A stretch of 57,259 bases of DNA from an uncultured Oscillospiraceae bacterium (GTDB lineage: Bacteria > Bacillota > Clostridia > Oscillospirales > Oscillospiraceae): the NCBI GenBank assembly GCA_964447925.1, contig CAYUUP010000001.1, forward strand, positions 1 to 57,259. Direction: 5' to 3'. Position numbers and translations under genes: made by a program. This document shows, piece by piece, positions 27,541-36,848 of the stretch. The notes beneath the pieces were generated by a model, which did not search any database, had not been told where the DNA came from, and worked only from the letters and a program-made list of their open reading frames with translations. Every line of letters begins with the position of its first letter. The first letter of the stretch is position 1.

Positions 27541-28890
27541 ATGGGCAAGTATTTTGGAACCGATGGCTTCCGGGGCGAGGCCAATAAGGAACTGACTGCG
27601 GCTAAGGCCTTTAAAGTTGGCCGTTATATTGGATGGTATTATGGTCAGCAGCATGAAGATGGCAGGGCTCGAATTGTTATAGGCAAAGACACCAGGCGTT
27701 CCTCTTACACACTGGAGTATGCGCTTTCGTGCGGCATTACGTCCTCTGGTTCGGACGCCTATCTGCTTCATGTTACGACAACACCTTCCGTTTCCTATTG
27801 CTGCCGTACAGACGGCTTCGATTGTGGAATCATGATTTCTGCTTCGCACAATCCGTTCTATGATAACGGCATCAAAATCATGCGTGCCAATGGGCAGAAG
27901 ATCGAGGCCGAGATCGAAGAGAGGATCGAAGCGTATATTGACTCTGATGAGAATCTGCCGCTGGCTGAGCGTGAAGGAATGGGAAACGTCGTTGACTATG
28001 CAGCGGGCAGGAATCGTTATATTGGCTACCTGATGACGGTACCTACGCGGGCCTTCAATGGCTGTAAGGTTGGATTGGATTGCGCCAATGGTTCGTCATG
28101 GAATATCGCACGAGCTGTTTATGAGGCTCTTGGAGCAAAGGTCTACGTACTGAATAACACGCCTGACGGCGTTAATATCAACAAGAATTGCGGTTCAACA
28201 CACATGGATGGGCTGCAGAAATATGTGCTGGAGAAAGGTTTGAATGTGGGCTTTGCATATGATGGCGATGCTGACCGCTGCCTGGCTGTTGATGAAAAGG
28301 GGCGTGTCATCAATGGAGACCAGATTATGTTTATGTGTGGTAAATACATGAAGGAAGAAGGTCTGCTGGACGGCAACACTATTGTGACAACGATTATGTC
28401 AAACATGGGGCTATACAAGGCATGTGACGCTATTGGAATTCACACCGAAAAAACTGCCGTTGGTGATAAGTACGTTGCAGAGAACATGATGGCTAATGGC
28501 TATGTTCTTGGCGGTGAGCAGTCTGGGCATATTATCTTTGGCAAGTATGCGACAACAGGAGATGGGATACTGACGAGCCTTATGGTCATGATGACCATGC
28601 TGGATAAGAAAATGCCGCTCTCTATGCTGGCAGATGAGATGAAAATGTACCCACAATGCTTGAAGAACGTGCGTGTGAAATCAAAGCCAGAGGCTCAAAA
28701 CGATCCCGACGTACAAGCCGCTGTCAAGGCAGTGGCGGACGCGCTGGGTGATACTGGGCGTATCTTAGTGCGGGAAAGCGGCACAGAGCCGGTGATCCGA
28801 GTCATGGTCGAAGCAAAAGATAATAAGATCTGCACGGAATATGTGGATAGCGTCATTGATGTAATAAAAGCGAAGGGATATCTGGTGTGA
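27541..28890 (+). CDS. glmM: Phosphoglucosamine mutase
   Basis: MGKYFGTDGFRG.. N-terminus, phosphoserine loop SASHNPFYDNGIK, metal loop YDGDADR, and GEQSGH. Confidence 0.95.
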   Translation: MGKYFGTDGFRGEANKELTAAKAFKVGRYIGWYYGQQHEDGRARIVIGKDTRRSSYTLEYALSCGITSSGSDAYLLHVTTTPSVSYCCRTDGFDCGIMISASHNPFYDNGIKIMRANGQKIEAEIEERIEAYIDSDENLPLAEREGMGNVVDYAAGRNRYIGYLMTVPTRAFNGCKVGLDCANGSSWNIARAVYEALGAKVYVLNNTPDGVNINKNCGSTHMDGLQKYVLEKGLNVGFAYDGDADRCLAVDEKGRVINGDQIMFMCGKYMKEEGLLDGNTIVTTIMSNMGLYKACDAIGIHTEKTAVGDKYVAENMMANGYVLGGEQSGHIIFGKYATTGDGILTSLMVMMTMLDKKMPLSMLADEMKMYPQCLKNVRVKSKPEAQNDPDVQAAVKAVADALGDTGRILVRESGTEPVIRVMVEAKDNKICTEYVDSVIDVIKAKGYLV

Positions 28891-28948
28891 TAAACAAAAA
28901 TGACCATCTGCACGGAGACAGATATACTCCAACCATTGCCTATATCAA

Positions 28949-29000
28949 GCGAAACGGCTGCAACCTATTGAGGTTGCAGCCGTTTCGCTTGAATTTTTTT
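28949..29000. terminator. Strong intrinsic terminator between convergent glmM and the recombinase gene
   Basis: Perfect 18-bp stem gcgaaacggctgcaacct (28949-28966) / aggttgcagccgtttcgc (28971-28988) with a 4-nt loop, followed by ttgaattttttt. Confidence 0.85.
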
Positions 29001-29057
29001 CAGATTGTCCCTTTTGGCAACAGCCCGCCTCTGATTGCGACTTTCTTTATGCTGTGC

Positions 29058-30086
29058 TTATTCATTTTCATCTTTATTCCGTTGTCTAGGATGTTGGGGT
29101 GGCTTCAGCTTTGCCAGAGGATTTTGCTCTGCTGCGTCCTGTAGACTCTCGCTGCTGACATGGGTGTAGATTTGGGTGGTATTCAAGTTATCATGCCCCA
29201 GCATCTCTTGCAGGGTACGAACATCCACGCCATTCTGGAGCATCAGGGTAGCCGCCGTATGGCGCAGCTTGTGGGAGGAATACTCATCAGCATCCAGTCC
29301 TGCCTCGGCCAGGCGCTTCTTCACCAGCTTATGAACAGCAGCACGGGTGATTCGTTTCCGTCGGCTGGTGACAAACAGGGCCTGTTTGTCGATCTGTTCC
29401 CGCATATTTCGCTCAGTCAACCAGTTTTCCAGAGCCGCCTGGCAGCTCTCGTTGAGATAGAGGATGCGTTCCTTGTTGCCTTTACCCAGCACCCGAATAG
29501 TGTCTCCATGGATGTCCGAGACATTTAAATTCACCAACTCTGATATCCGAAGCCCGCAGTTGAGAAATAAAGTTAAGATACAGTAGTCCCGTGCGGAGTT
29601 TGAGCCAGTGACGGACTGGAGCAGTTGCGTACACTCATCCAGCGTCAGGTATTTGGGCAGGGAGCGCTTCAGCTTGGGCGGCTCAAGATCCTGAACCGGA
29701 TTTTCCTCAATTTTGTTAAATTTTTGCAAATATTTATAAAAGGATCGAATGCTGGCAACCTTTCTGGCGCGTGAAGAGGCTTCCAGGCCATAATCAGTAC
29801 GGTCGCTGTTGGTGTGCTGGGGACGCTCACGAGCCAGATAACTCATATAATCGTAAACATCTGATAGTGTGACACTGCGAATCAATTCCAAATTAACGTC
29901 CTTGATGGATATCTCATCCATAGGCAGCAATTCAGGCACCAGACCCCGTAGCCGCTTGATGTAACGGAAGAAGTTCCGAAGATCCAGGAAGTATTCATCA
30001 ACCGTGTGCTGAGAGTGATTCTTAGCCGTCTCATGGTAGGAAAGAAAATCAGCCAGCTCTGGCGGAGCTTCATTGCGATAATTCAT
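29058..30086 (-). CDS. Tyrosine site-specific recombinase, XerC/XerD-like
   Basis: SAM-like N-domain (..HTVDEYFLDLRNFFRYI..) and a catalytic C-domain with ..GLRISEL.., HKLRHTAATLML and LGHDNLNTTQIYTHV (R-H-R-Y residues). Confidence 0.88.
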   Translation of the reverse strand: MNYRNEAPPELADFLSYHETAKNHSQHTVDEYFLDLRNFFRYIKRLRGLVPELLPMDEISIKDVNLELIRSVTLSDVYDYMSYLARERPQHTNSDRTDYGLEASSRARKVASIRSFYKYLQKFNKIEENPVQDLEPPKLKRSLPKYLTLDECTQLLQSVTGSNSARDYCILTLFLNCGLRISELVNLNVSDIHGDTIRVLGKGNKERILYLNESCQAALENWLTERNMREQIDKQALFVTSRRKRITRAAVHKLVKKRLAEAGLDADEYSSHKLRHTAATLMLQNGVDVRTLQEMLGHDNLNTTQIYTHVSSESLQDAAEQNPLAKLKPPQHPRQRNKDENE

Positions 30087-30137
30087 AGCATTTCATAAGC
30101 GAGTTCTTACCCACAACTCCCCTTTTGCCCTCCCCTA

Positions 30138-30167
30138 AAGTAAACAAAATTTTTATTTTGTTTACTT
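30138..30167. repeat. Perfect A/T-rich palindrome with 11-6-11 dif-like geometry upstream of the recombinase gene
   Basis: aagtaaacaaaat-tttt-attttgtttactt. Read as AGTAAACAAAA (30139-30149), TTTTTA (30150-30155) and TTTTGTTTACT (30156-30166), this is a 28-bp site. It lies 52 nt upstream of the recombinase start. Confidence 0.6.
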
Positions 30168-30265
30168 ATCAATGCTGGGCAAAAGATGATTATGGATGAT
30201 GTGCAGACTCCTCGCCTTCCATTCCCTCCTCTCGCATAACCGTGTACTTTTCCTTGCCGATTCTC

Positions 30266-31567
30266 TTATTCCACTCCTATTGTCCTGGCGTGGCCCTTCG
30301 CCAGATCCATCAGCCCCCGCTCCGCCGCAAAATCGGCAGAATAAGGATAAGTCTTTTCCAGCTTACCAAACTGGACTTCGATCTGCTTTGCCTGTTCGGG
30401 AGCTTTATCCCTCAATAGAGACAATGCATATTGTGTCCGTAGCACTGCAGGAAATCTTTTCATGGTTTTCATAAATTTTTTCTGTTGGTCATCCAGAAGC
30501 TCATCTACAGAAACCTTAGGCACCTTTCCTTCGCTCACTTCGATCAGATTACAATAGATTCTGTCGCATACCATCAGTTTCCGGTGTACCCCAACAATAC
30601 CGCTGTCCAGAGCCAAAAGCTGCTCCAAAAGCCTGTCTGCCTCATCAAACCGCCACTGATCCATCAGCCGGTCACAAGCCAGCACGCCCAGTACGGAGGT
30701 CATGGGATTTTTCATTGCTTCATCAGAGGGAAGCTCAAACCACGCTTCCGGCATATCCTTGGGCCGCACGCCAGCGGCAAGCATGAAGTTTGACTCCATC
30801 TGCACCCAGAAGGCCCAGAGTGCATTGCGGCCTTTACCTAACGAAAGGGCATTATATCCGTCATTGTTGATCTCACTCAGACCATACAGAGGGATGCCGT
30901 TAAAGAGGGCCAATACCAAGCCCATCAGCGCCAGCATAAGAAAAAACGGTGCCAAGAAAACCACACTCCGGCAGAGATAAAACAGGCCATAGAAAAGAAC
31001 CGCCAGAATTAGATTGGCCAGAGGGCCGCCTAGATTGTAGAGGATATAGGGAATCCCGTCCTCCGTCCACTCTGGTGGACGCATGATGCACTGTCCGCCA
31101 GTACCAGCCATAGAAAAGTGTTTCAGCTGTAATCTGCCGTCTGACCAGATCCACATAAAATTGGCAATGCGGAAAGAGGAAAAGCGATAGCCTGTCAGTA
31201 GTCCGCCCACAAGGTGTCCCGCCTCATGAAAGATGCTCTGCAAAAGCCATGCCACCACGGCCCCAATCATCAGAAAACATACAGCAAGACTCAAGCGGTT
31301 GACCGAACGTCCCGCCTCCAGCACGCTCTGCAGATAAGGGGCGATTAGTAAACCGCAGGCCACGCCAATGAGCAACGCCAGTGCCAGGCCTGCCGCCTGT
31401 CTCCAGACCCATCCGGGCCTTGAGGACTGGCTCTGCCGTTTTTGGGGCTGTCCCTTGGATTTTGCACTGCAGCTCTGGGAAAATCCCTTCAACCGTGCCG
31501 GACCTGCCCGGCACAGATATTTTAGTTTATCCAACGCTGCAGTCAACGCCTTTTTTGTGTGATCCAT
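30266..31567 (-). CDS. M50-like (site-2-protease-like) membrane metallopeptidase with a C-terminal soluble helical domain
   Basis: HEAGHLVGG sits in a TM segment, and FNGIPLYGLSEINNDG resembles the M50 NxxPxxxxDG motif. The C-terminal roughly 200 aa are soluble. ATG at 31567 follows aggggagag. Confidence 0.65.
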   Translation of the reverse strand: MDHTKKALTAALDKLKYLCRAGPARLKGFSQSCSAKSKGQPQKRQSQSSRPGWVWRQAAGLALALLIGVACGLLIAPYLQSVLEAGRSVNRLSLAVCFLMIGAVVAWLLQSIFHEAGHLVGGLLTGYRFSSFRIANFMWIWSDGRLQLKHFSMAGTGGQCIMRPPEWTEDGIPYILYNLGGPLANLILAVLFYGLFYLCRSVVFLAPFFLMLALMGLVLALFNGIPLYGLSEINNDGYNALSLGKGRNALWAFWVQMESNFMLAAGVRPKDMPEAWFELPSDEAMKNPMTSVLGVLACDRLMDQWRFDEADRLLEQLLALDSGIVGVHRKLMVCDRIYCNLIEVSEGKVPKVSVDELLDDQQKKFMKTMKRFPAVLRTQYALSLLRDKAPEQAKQIEVQFGKLEKTYPYSADFAAERGLMDLAKGHARTIGVE

Positions 31568-31668
31568 GCCGCTCTCCCCTGTTTCTGCCAACAGTTTTCC
31601 ACCAGCATTTTCTATATTTATAATTATACCAAGGATAATCCGGCTTGTCTACCCTCCTCAGGCAAATG

Positions 31669-31697
31669 TTGACATTCTTTGCCCGGTGACATATAAT
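31669..31697 (+). promoter_or_regulatory. Consensus promoter of argS (TTGACA-17-TATAAT)
   Basis: TTGACA at 31669-31674, a 17-nt spacer, TATAAT at 31692-31697. The leader is only about 40 nt, which leaves no room for a T-box. Confidence 0.7.
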
Positions 31698-31744
31698 ATT
31701 GACTGTCAGACAAGGAACCAATCTATTTGAGAGGATCAACCGGA

Positions 31745-33520
31745 ATGAAAACGATACTTGAAGAACTCACCGAAGCGGTATCTCAGGGCTTTCTAGCCGC
31801 AGGCTATGACCCCGCCCTTGGACAGGTTACTCAGTCCAACCGGCCTGACCTGTGCCAGTACCAGTGCAATGGCGCTATGGCCGGGGCGAAACAATATCAC
31901 AAGGCTCCCCTGCTCATCGCGCAGGATGTGGCGCAGCAGTTGCAGGACGTCCCTATGCTGGGAAATGCGGAGGCAGTACGCCCTGGCTTTCTCAATCTAA
32001 CGCTGGCGGACAGTTGGCTGGCTCAACGACTGGAAGAGATGGCAGCTGACCCCAGGCTGGGAGTGGAGCAGGTAGCTGACCCGCTGACCATCGTGGTGGA
32101 CTATGGCGGCCCCAACGTGGCCAAGCCTCTTCATGTAGGGCATCTCCGCAGCGCCATCATTGGCGAGTCCATTAAGCGCACTGCCCGCTTTCTGGGCCAC
32201 AATGTCATTGGCGATGTCCACCTGGGGGACTGGGGCCTGCAGATCGGCCAGATTATCACAGAGCTGAAGGAGCGCCAGCCCGAACTCCCCTATTTTGATC
32301 CGGATAAGACCGATGACTATCCTGTTGATTCCCCCTTTACCATTGCTGACCTGGAAGAAATCTATCCTTGTGCATCCCAGAAATCCAAGGTGGATGATGA
32401 CTTCCGGGCTGCCGCCCAGGATGCCACCGCCCAGCTTCAGGCGGGACGGCCCGGCTACCGCGCCCTCTGGCGGCACATCATCAATATCTCTGTCGAAGAC
32501 TTGAAGCGCAACTACGCAAAGCTGAATGTCAGCTTTGACCTGTGGCTAGGAGAGAGCGATGCTCAACCCTATATTGCCTCCATGGTAGAGCGGATGAAGG
32601 CGGAGGGCTATACTCGCGTCTCCGATGGCGCTCTGGTGGTGGATGTGGCAGAAAAGGGCGATAAGATTGAAGTTCCTCCCTGCCTGATTCTAAAATCCAA
32701 CGGAGCTGCCCAATATATGACCACAGATCTTGCCACGATCGTCCAACGGCAGCAGGACTTTCATCCTGACCGCATTATCTACCTTACCGACAAACGACAG
32801 GCGCTGCACTTCCTTCGGGTTTTCCGCTGCGCATATAAGACCGGGCTGGTGGAGCGTTCACGGTGCAGCCTGGAGCATATCGGCTTTGGCACCATGAACG
32901 GAAAGGACGGGAAACCCTTCAAGACCCGCGAGGGCGGCGTCCTGCGTCTGGAATACCTGTTGAAAGAGGTGGCAGATGCCGTTTATGAGAAGTCCAGTTC
33001 CAATGCCAGCGGCAACATTCCTGAGGATGAGTTGCGCGCCATCGCGGAAAAGGTGGCTCTAGCCGCCATCAAATACGGCGATCTGTCCAATCAGCCCTCC
33101 AAGGACTATGTCTTTGATATCGACCGCTTTGCTTCCTTTGAAGGCAACACCGGACCCTATATCATGTATACCATGGTTCGCATCAAGTCCATCCTGACCA
33201 AGTTCGCAGCCCTGTACCCGGACGCAGCCCCCGGCACCATCCCCTCCCCTGCCAGCCCCAGCGAGGTTGCCCTTGCGTTGGCTCTTTGCGGCTTTAATAC
33301 GGCAGTTTATGAGGCCTATGAACAGAGCGCCCCCAACCGGCTGTGCCACTATATCTATGAATTGACTGGAGCATTAAACCAGTTTTACGGCGAACACAGC
33401 GTTTTAAAGGAGACAGACACCGGACGTCGGGCAGGCTATGTAGCGCTGATCCAACTAGTGCTGCGGGTGCTGGAGACTGCAATTGATCTACTGGGCTTTG
33501 AGGCGCCGGATCGAATGTAA
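31745..33520 (+). CDS. argS: Arginine--tRNA ligase
   Basis: HIGH-type motif PLHVGHLRS, an anticodon-binding (DALR) C-terminus, and the typical ..EAPDRM end. ATG at 31745. Confidence 0.95.
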   Translation: MKTILEELTEAVSQGFLAAGYDPALGQVTQSNRPDLCQYQCNGAMAGAKQYHKAPLLIAQDVAQQLQDVPMLGNAEAVRPGFLNLTLADSWLAQRLEEMAADPRLGVEQVADPLTIVVDYGGPNVAKPLHVGHLRSAIIGESIKRTARFLGHNVIGDVHLGDWGLQIGQIITELKERQPELPYFDPDKTDDYPVDSPFTIADLEEIYPCASQKSKVDDDFRAAAQDATAQLQAGRPGYRALWRHIINISVEDLKRNYAKLNVSFDLWLGESDAQPYIASMVERMKAEGYTRVSDGALVVDVAEKGDKIEVPPCLILKSNGAAQYMTTDLATIVQRQQDFHPDRIIYLTDKRQALHFLRVFRCAYKTGLVERSRCSLEHIGFGTMNGKDGKPFKTREGGVLRLEYLLKEVADAVYEKSSSNASGNIPEDELRAIAEKVALAAIKYGDLSNQPSKDYVFDIDRFASFEGNTGPYIMYTMVRIKSILTKFAALYPDAAPGTIPSPASPSEVALALALCGFNTAVYEAYEQSAPNRLCHYIYELTGALNQFYGEHSVLKETDTGRRAGYVALIQLVLRVLETAIDLLGFEAPDRM

Positions 33521-33613
33521 AAATTTCATAAAATTAAAATAATTCCTTAATGACAGGCCAAAAGTTCAGTGGTAAACTGTTAGAAACGCATCAAGCAGAG
33601 GAGTTTTGTCCAT

Positions 33614-34300
33614 ATGAATTGGAAATGGCTTCGGAATATTCTTTGGATTTTGCTGCTGGCAGGGATGGTAGCTGCCGTCCTAGTGCTGAGGCTCTCTCCC
33701 TTCTGGGCGTTAACATCCAATCTAGAGGGACTTCAGGATTGGATTGCCGATGCGGCCCCATATTCAAACCTGGCCTATTTCGGTATCCAACTTTTGGCCG
33801 TCATCGTGGCTCCCATCCCCAATAACATTGTTGCCATGGCCGGGGGCGCCATCTTCGGTATGTGGCCTAGCTTCATTATCACCATCCTGGCGGTAGTGAC
33901 TGGCTCATCCATCACTTTCACCTTGGCGCGGCTGCTGGGGCAAAGATGGGTGGAGAACTTTGTTAATCGAAAGATCTCCACCAGGTATCTGGATGCCTTT
34001 CGGTCACGGCGAGATACGCTTCTCTTTCTCACTCTGCTCTTCCCCTTCTTCCCTGATGATATCATCTGCATTTTAGCAGGGCTGACCGACATCTCATTCC
34101 GGCGCTATATTCTGATTGTTCTCTTTGCTCGACCTTGGGGCCTGTTGGCGGCCTCCCTGCTGGGAAGTTCCGCCATCGACCTATCCGCCTATGCGCTGGC
34201 GTTGGTGGTTGCCCTCATTGCCGTCTGCTTTTGGGTGGGGTTGAAATATGGCAGAAAATTTGAAGACTGGATGCTGAAGAAACTGGGGCGAGGGAAATAA
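33614..34300 (+). CDS. TVP38/TMEM64 (DedA-related, SNARE-associated) family membrane protein
   Basis: 228-aa multi-TM protein with ..FPFFPDDIICILAGLT.., typical of the family. RBS agaggag. Confidence 0.8.
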   Translation: MNWKWLRNILWILLLAGMVAAVLVLRLSPFWALTSNLEGLQDWIADAAPYSNLAYFGIQLLAVIVAPIPNNIVAMAGGAIFGMWPSFIITILAVVTGSSITFTLARLLGQRWVENFVNRKISTRYLDAFRSRRDTLLFLTLLFPFFPDDIICILAGLTDISFRRYILIVLFARPWGLLAASLLGSSAIDLSAYALALVVALIAVCFWVGLKYGRKFEDWMLKKLGRGK

Positions 34301-34340
34301 TTGAAAAGGCTGAAGAGATTTCAGAACGTTAATGTCATGG

Positions 34341-34369
34341 TTGACTAACCTTTTTTTTCATGATATAAT
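34341..34369 (+). promoter_or_regulatory. Near-consensus extended -10 promoter (TTGACT-17-TATAAT with TG)
   Basis: TTGACT at 34341-34346, a 17-nt spacer ending in TGA (TG at 34361-34362), TATAAT at 34364-34369. Confidence 0.7.
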
Positions 34370-34374
34370 GCACA

Positions 34375-34467
34375 GGATCAGGCAGCAGTACATAGTATAT
34401 ACGGCTGCCGGGCCCCAGTTCTGGGGCAGCAGATTGTCTGCGGGACGGTGTTCCGCAGGCTTTTTTA
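34375..34467 (+). promoter_or_regulatory. Structured 5' leader with intrinsic terminator ahead of the CDF transporter (candidate metal-sensing riboswitch, czcD/NiCo-like by context)
   Basis: Helices ggcagc (34381-34386) / gctgcc (34404-34409) and gcccca (34412-34417) / tggggc (34422-34427) are closed by ggatc (34375-34379) / gattgtc (34432-34438). A terminator follows: ctgcggga (34438-34445) / ttccgcag (34451-34458) plus gctttttta. G-rich junction strings GGCAGCA, CCGGGCC and GGGGCAGCAG are present. Confidence 0.45.
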
Positions 34468-34493
34468 TATCAGTTGTCAAGGAGGGCTTTCTC

Positions 34494-35375
34494 ATGCGTA
34501 CCGCAAAAAGCCGCACCCAGACTGCACTGTCAGTTTCTGTCCTCTCCATTCTCATCAATCTCGCACTGGCCGCTCTGAAGCTGGTAGTGGGCGTTCTGGC
34601 CGGCTCTGTTGCATTGATCTCTGACGCCGCCCACTCTGCCTCCGATGTATTCTCAACTGTGATAGTCATCATTGGCTTGAAGCTCTCCTGCAAGGAGGCA
34701 GACGCCGATCACGAATACGGCCACGACCGGCTGGAATGTATCGCCGCTGCCGGACTTGCCATTGTGCTGGCAGTCACCGGGGCGTGCATCGGCTGGAATG
34801 GCATTAAAACCATTCTTTTCGGCACATCAGAATTAGCAGTGCCGGGACTGCTGGCCGCTGTTGCCGCCGCCCTATCAATCGCCGTCAAGGAGGCTATGTA
34901 CTGGGCTACCCGCCGAGCTGCAAAGTCCATCGGCTCATCCTCCCTGATGGCCGATGCCTGGCACCACCGCTCTGATGCCCTCTCATCTGTGGGAAGTCTC
35001 ATTGGAATCTTGGGCGCAAGGCTTGGTTTCCCCATCCTGGATCCTCTGGCAAGTATTGTTATTGCCCTGCTGGTACTGCGGGCCGCATGGCAGATTTTCC
35101 AAGACGCCATCTCCAAACTCACCGACCGCTCTGCCGGGCAGGATCTAGAGCAGGCCCTGGCCGCCGCCGCCCGCTCAGTGGATGGCGTACTGGATGTTGA
35201 CCTCCTGCGCACCCGGCAGTTTGGTTCGGGCTACTATGTGGATATTGAAATTCAGGCGGACGGCGCTCTCCCCCTCACCGCTGCCCACAGCATCGCCCAG
35301 TCAGTACACGACCATGTGGAAACCGCCTTTCCTGATGTAAAGCACTGCATGGTACATGTTAACCCGGCGGGATAA
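34494..35375 (+). CDS. Cation diffusion facilitator (CDF) family divalent-metal efflux transporter
   Basis: TM2 HSASD and TM5 HHRSD metal-site motifs, a His-rich loop DADHEYGHD, and a C-terminal cytoplasmic domain. ATG at 34494 follows aaggaggg. Confidence 0.9.
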   Translation: MRTAKSRTQTALSVSVLSILINLALAALKLVVGVLAGSVALISDAAHSASDVFSTVIVIIGLKLSCKEADADHEYGHDRLECIAAAGLAIVLAVTGACIGWNGIKTILFGTSELAVPGLLAAVAAALSIAVKEAMYWATRRAAKSIGSSSLMADAWHHRSDALSSVGSLIGILGARLGFPILDPLASIVIALLVLRAAWQIFQDAISKLTDRSAGQDLEQALAAAARSVDGVLDVDLLRTRQFGSGYYVDIEIQADGALPLTAAHSIAQSVHDHVETAFPDVKHCMVHVNPAG

Positions 35376-35465
35376 AATCGGAGTGTTATATGCAGGTATT
35401 CTTCTATATTTGTTAATACTGCTGGGTTTTTGTTGGCTGCAACAGACTTTAAAAGGATACAATGA

Positions 35466-35500
35466 CAGGGAACGGTGATCATTCGGTTCCCTGTTTCATT
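35466..35500 (+). terminator. Hairpin after the CDF gene (possible terminator)
   Basis: cagggaac (35466-35473) / gttccctg (35486-35493) with a 12-nt loop, followed by tttcatt. Confidence 0.4.
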
Positions 35501-35524
35501 ACTCTGGATTATTTCGGAATCATC

Positions 35525-35553
35525 TTGACATTCACGTCCTTCCATAATATAAT
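35525..35553 (+). promoter_or_regulatory. Consensus promoter of the KAS/ligase/thioesterase operon (TTGACA-17-TATAAT)
   Basis: TTGACA at 35525-35530, a 17-nt spacer, TATAAT at 35548-35553. It lies 30 nt upstream of the KAS start. Confidence 0.7.
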
Positions 35554-35583
35554 AATAAAAACGAGATTTGGATGTGATTCCAT

Positions 35584-36813
35584 ATGGAGAGAGAACGTAT
35601 CGTCATCACCGGCATGGGAGTCGTTTCTCCTATCGGTATCGGCACAGACAACTTCTGGCGTAATCTGATTGCGGGCGAGAGCGGGATTGGCCCCATCACC
35701 GGCTTTGACCCCGGCGAACTGCCAGTGCGAGTAGCTGCAGAGGTGCGGGATTTTTTGCCGGAGGCGCATATGCCCCGGAAGCTGGCGCGGGAATCCGCCC
35801 GTTTTGCCCAATTTTCCTACATTGCCGCATCGGAAGCTCTGGCCCAGAGCGGTATTAATCCACGACAAGAAAATCGTCGGGTGGGCATTGTCATGGGGAC
35901 AGCAATGAGTGGAATCTCCGAAATTGCTGCCGTTCAAGCGCAGATTACGACTACAGGCCGGAACCGGGTCAGTCCCCGTTTTGTTCCAAAAGTGCTGGGC
36001 AACACCGCCGCCTCTCTCATCGCCATCGACAAGGGGATCCAGGGGCCGTGCTACACCGTCAGCACTGCCTGCTCCTCCGGAGCGGACGCCATCCACATAT
36101 CCGAGATGCTGCTTCAAAGCGGCCAGGCAGATGTGATGGTGGCGGTAGGCGGCGAAAGCATCCTCTGCCCGCTGGTAACTGCCAGCCTGTCTGTGGCCCG
36201 TGCGCTGACTCGGAACCCCGATCCCGCCACCGCCTGTCGACCCTTTGATGCAGATCGAGATGGTTTTGTTATGGGCGAGGGTGGGGGTGCGCTGATTCTG
36301 GAAACAGATCGTCATGCCCGGGCTAGAGGTGCAGAGATTCTAGGTGTGCTGTTGGGTTCTGCCAACAACACCGACGGCTATCATGTCACCTCTCCCGCCC
36401 CTGATGGCCGGGGTGCTATCGCCAGTATGAAGGACGCCCTGATGGATGCGGGGATGACGCCCGCCGACATCGGCTATATAAACGCCCACGGCACATCGAC
36501 ATCTATGGGAGATTCCATTGAGGCTGCGGCAATCCGCTCCGTCTTTGGGGAAAATCCCCCGCCGGTCAGTTCTACCAAGGGGGCTACCGGACATATGATG
36601 GGCGCCGGAGGCATCACCGAGGTCATCACCTGCCTGATGGCAGTCAGGGAGGGTATTTTGCCTCCTACCCTAGGCTGTGTCCATTTGGCGGAGGACTGTC
36701 CTCTGGACGTGATTACTCGGGCTTTCCGAAAGTCAGAGATCTCTGTTGCCATGTCCAATGCCTTTGGCTTTGGCGGACAAAATTCCACCGTAATCGTTGG
36801 CCGTTATCTGTAA
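35584..36813 (+). CDS. fabF: Beta-ketoacyl synthase, KAS I/II (FabF-like) type
   Basis: MERERIVITGMGVVSPIGIG.. N-terminus with a Cys-His-His triad context: VSTACSSG, NAHGTSTSMGD, ATGHMMGAGG. C-terminal NAFGFGGQNS. Confidence 0.9.
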   Translation: MERERIVITGMGVVSPIGIGTDNFWRNLIAGESGIGPITGFDPGELPVRVAAEVRDFLPEAHMPRKLARESARFAQFSYIAASEALAQSGINPRQENRRVGIVMGTAMSGISEIAAVQAQITTTGRNRVSPRFVPKVLGNTAASLIAIDKGIQGPCYTVSTACSSGADAIHISEMLLQSGQADVMVAVGGESILCPLVTASLSVARALTRNPDPATACRPFDADRDGFVMGEGGGALILETDRHARARGAEILGVLLGSANNTDGYHVTSPAPDGRGAIASMKDALMDAGMTPADIGYINAHGTSTSMGDSIEAAAIRSVFGENPPPVSSTKGATGHMMGAGGITEVITCLMAVREGILPPTLGCVHLAEDCPLDVITRAFRKSEISVAMSNAFGFGGQNSTVIVGRYL

Positions 36814-36848
36814 CGATCACAGCATGATAAGCAAAGGAGTGTGAATAT

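Noticed and set aside
29058-31591. Integrated mobile element or prophage remnant defined by the tyrosine recombinase
   Set aside because: There is no tRNA target, no flanking direct repeats, and no phage, plasmid or transposase genes. The neighbour is a membrane protease, and the recombinase has the Xer-type domain layout. A chromosomal Xer function is more parsimonious.
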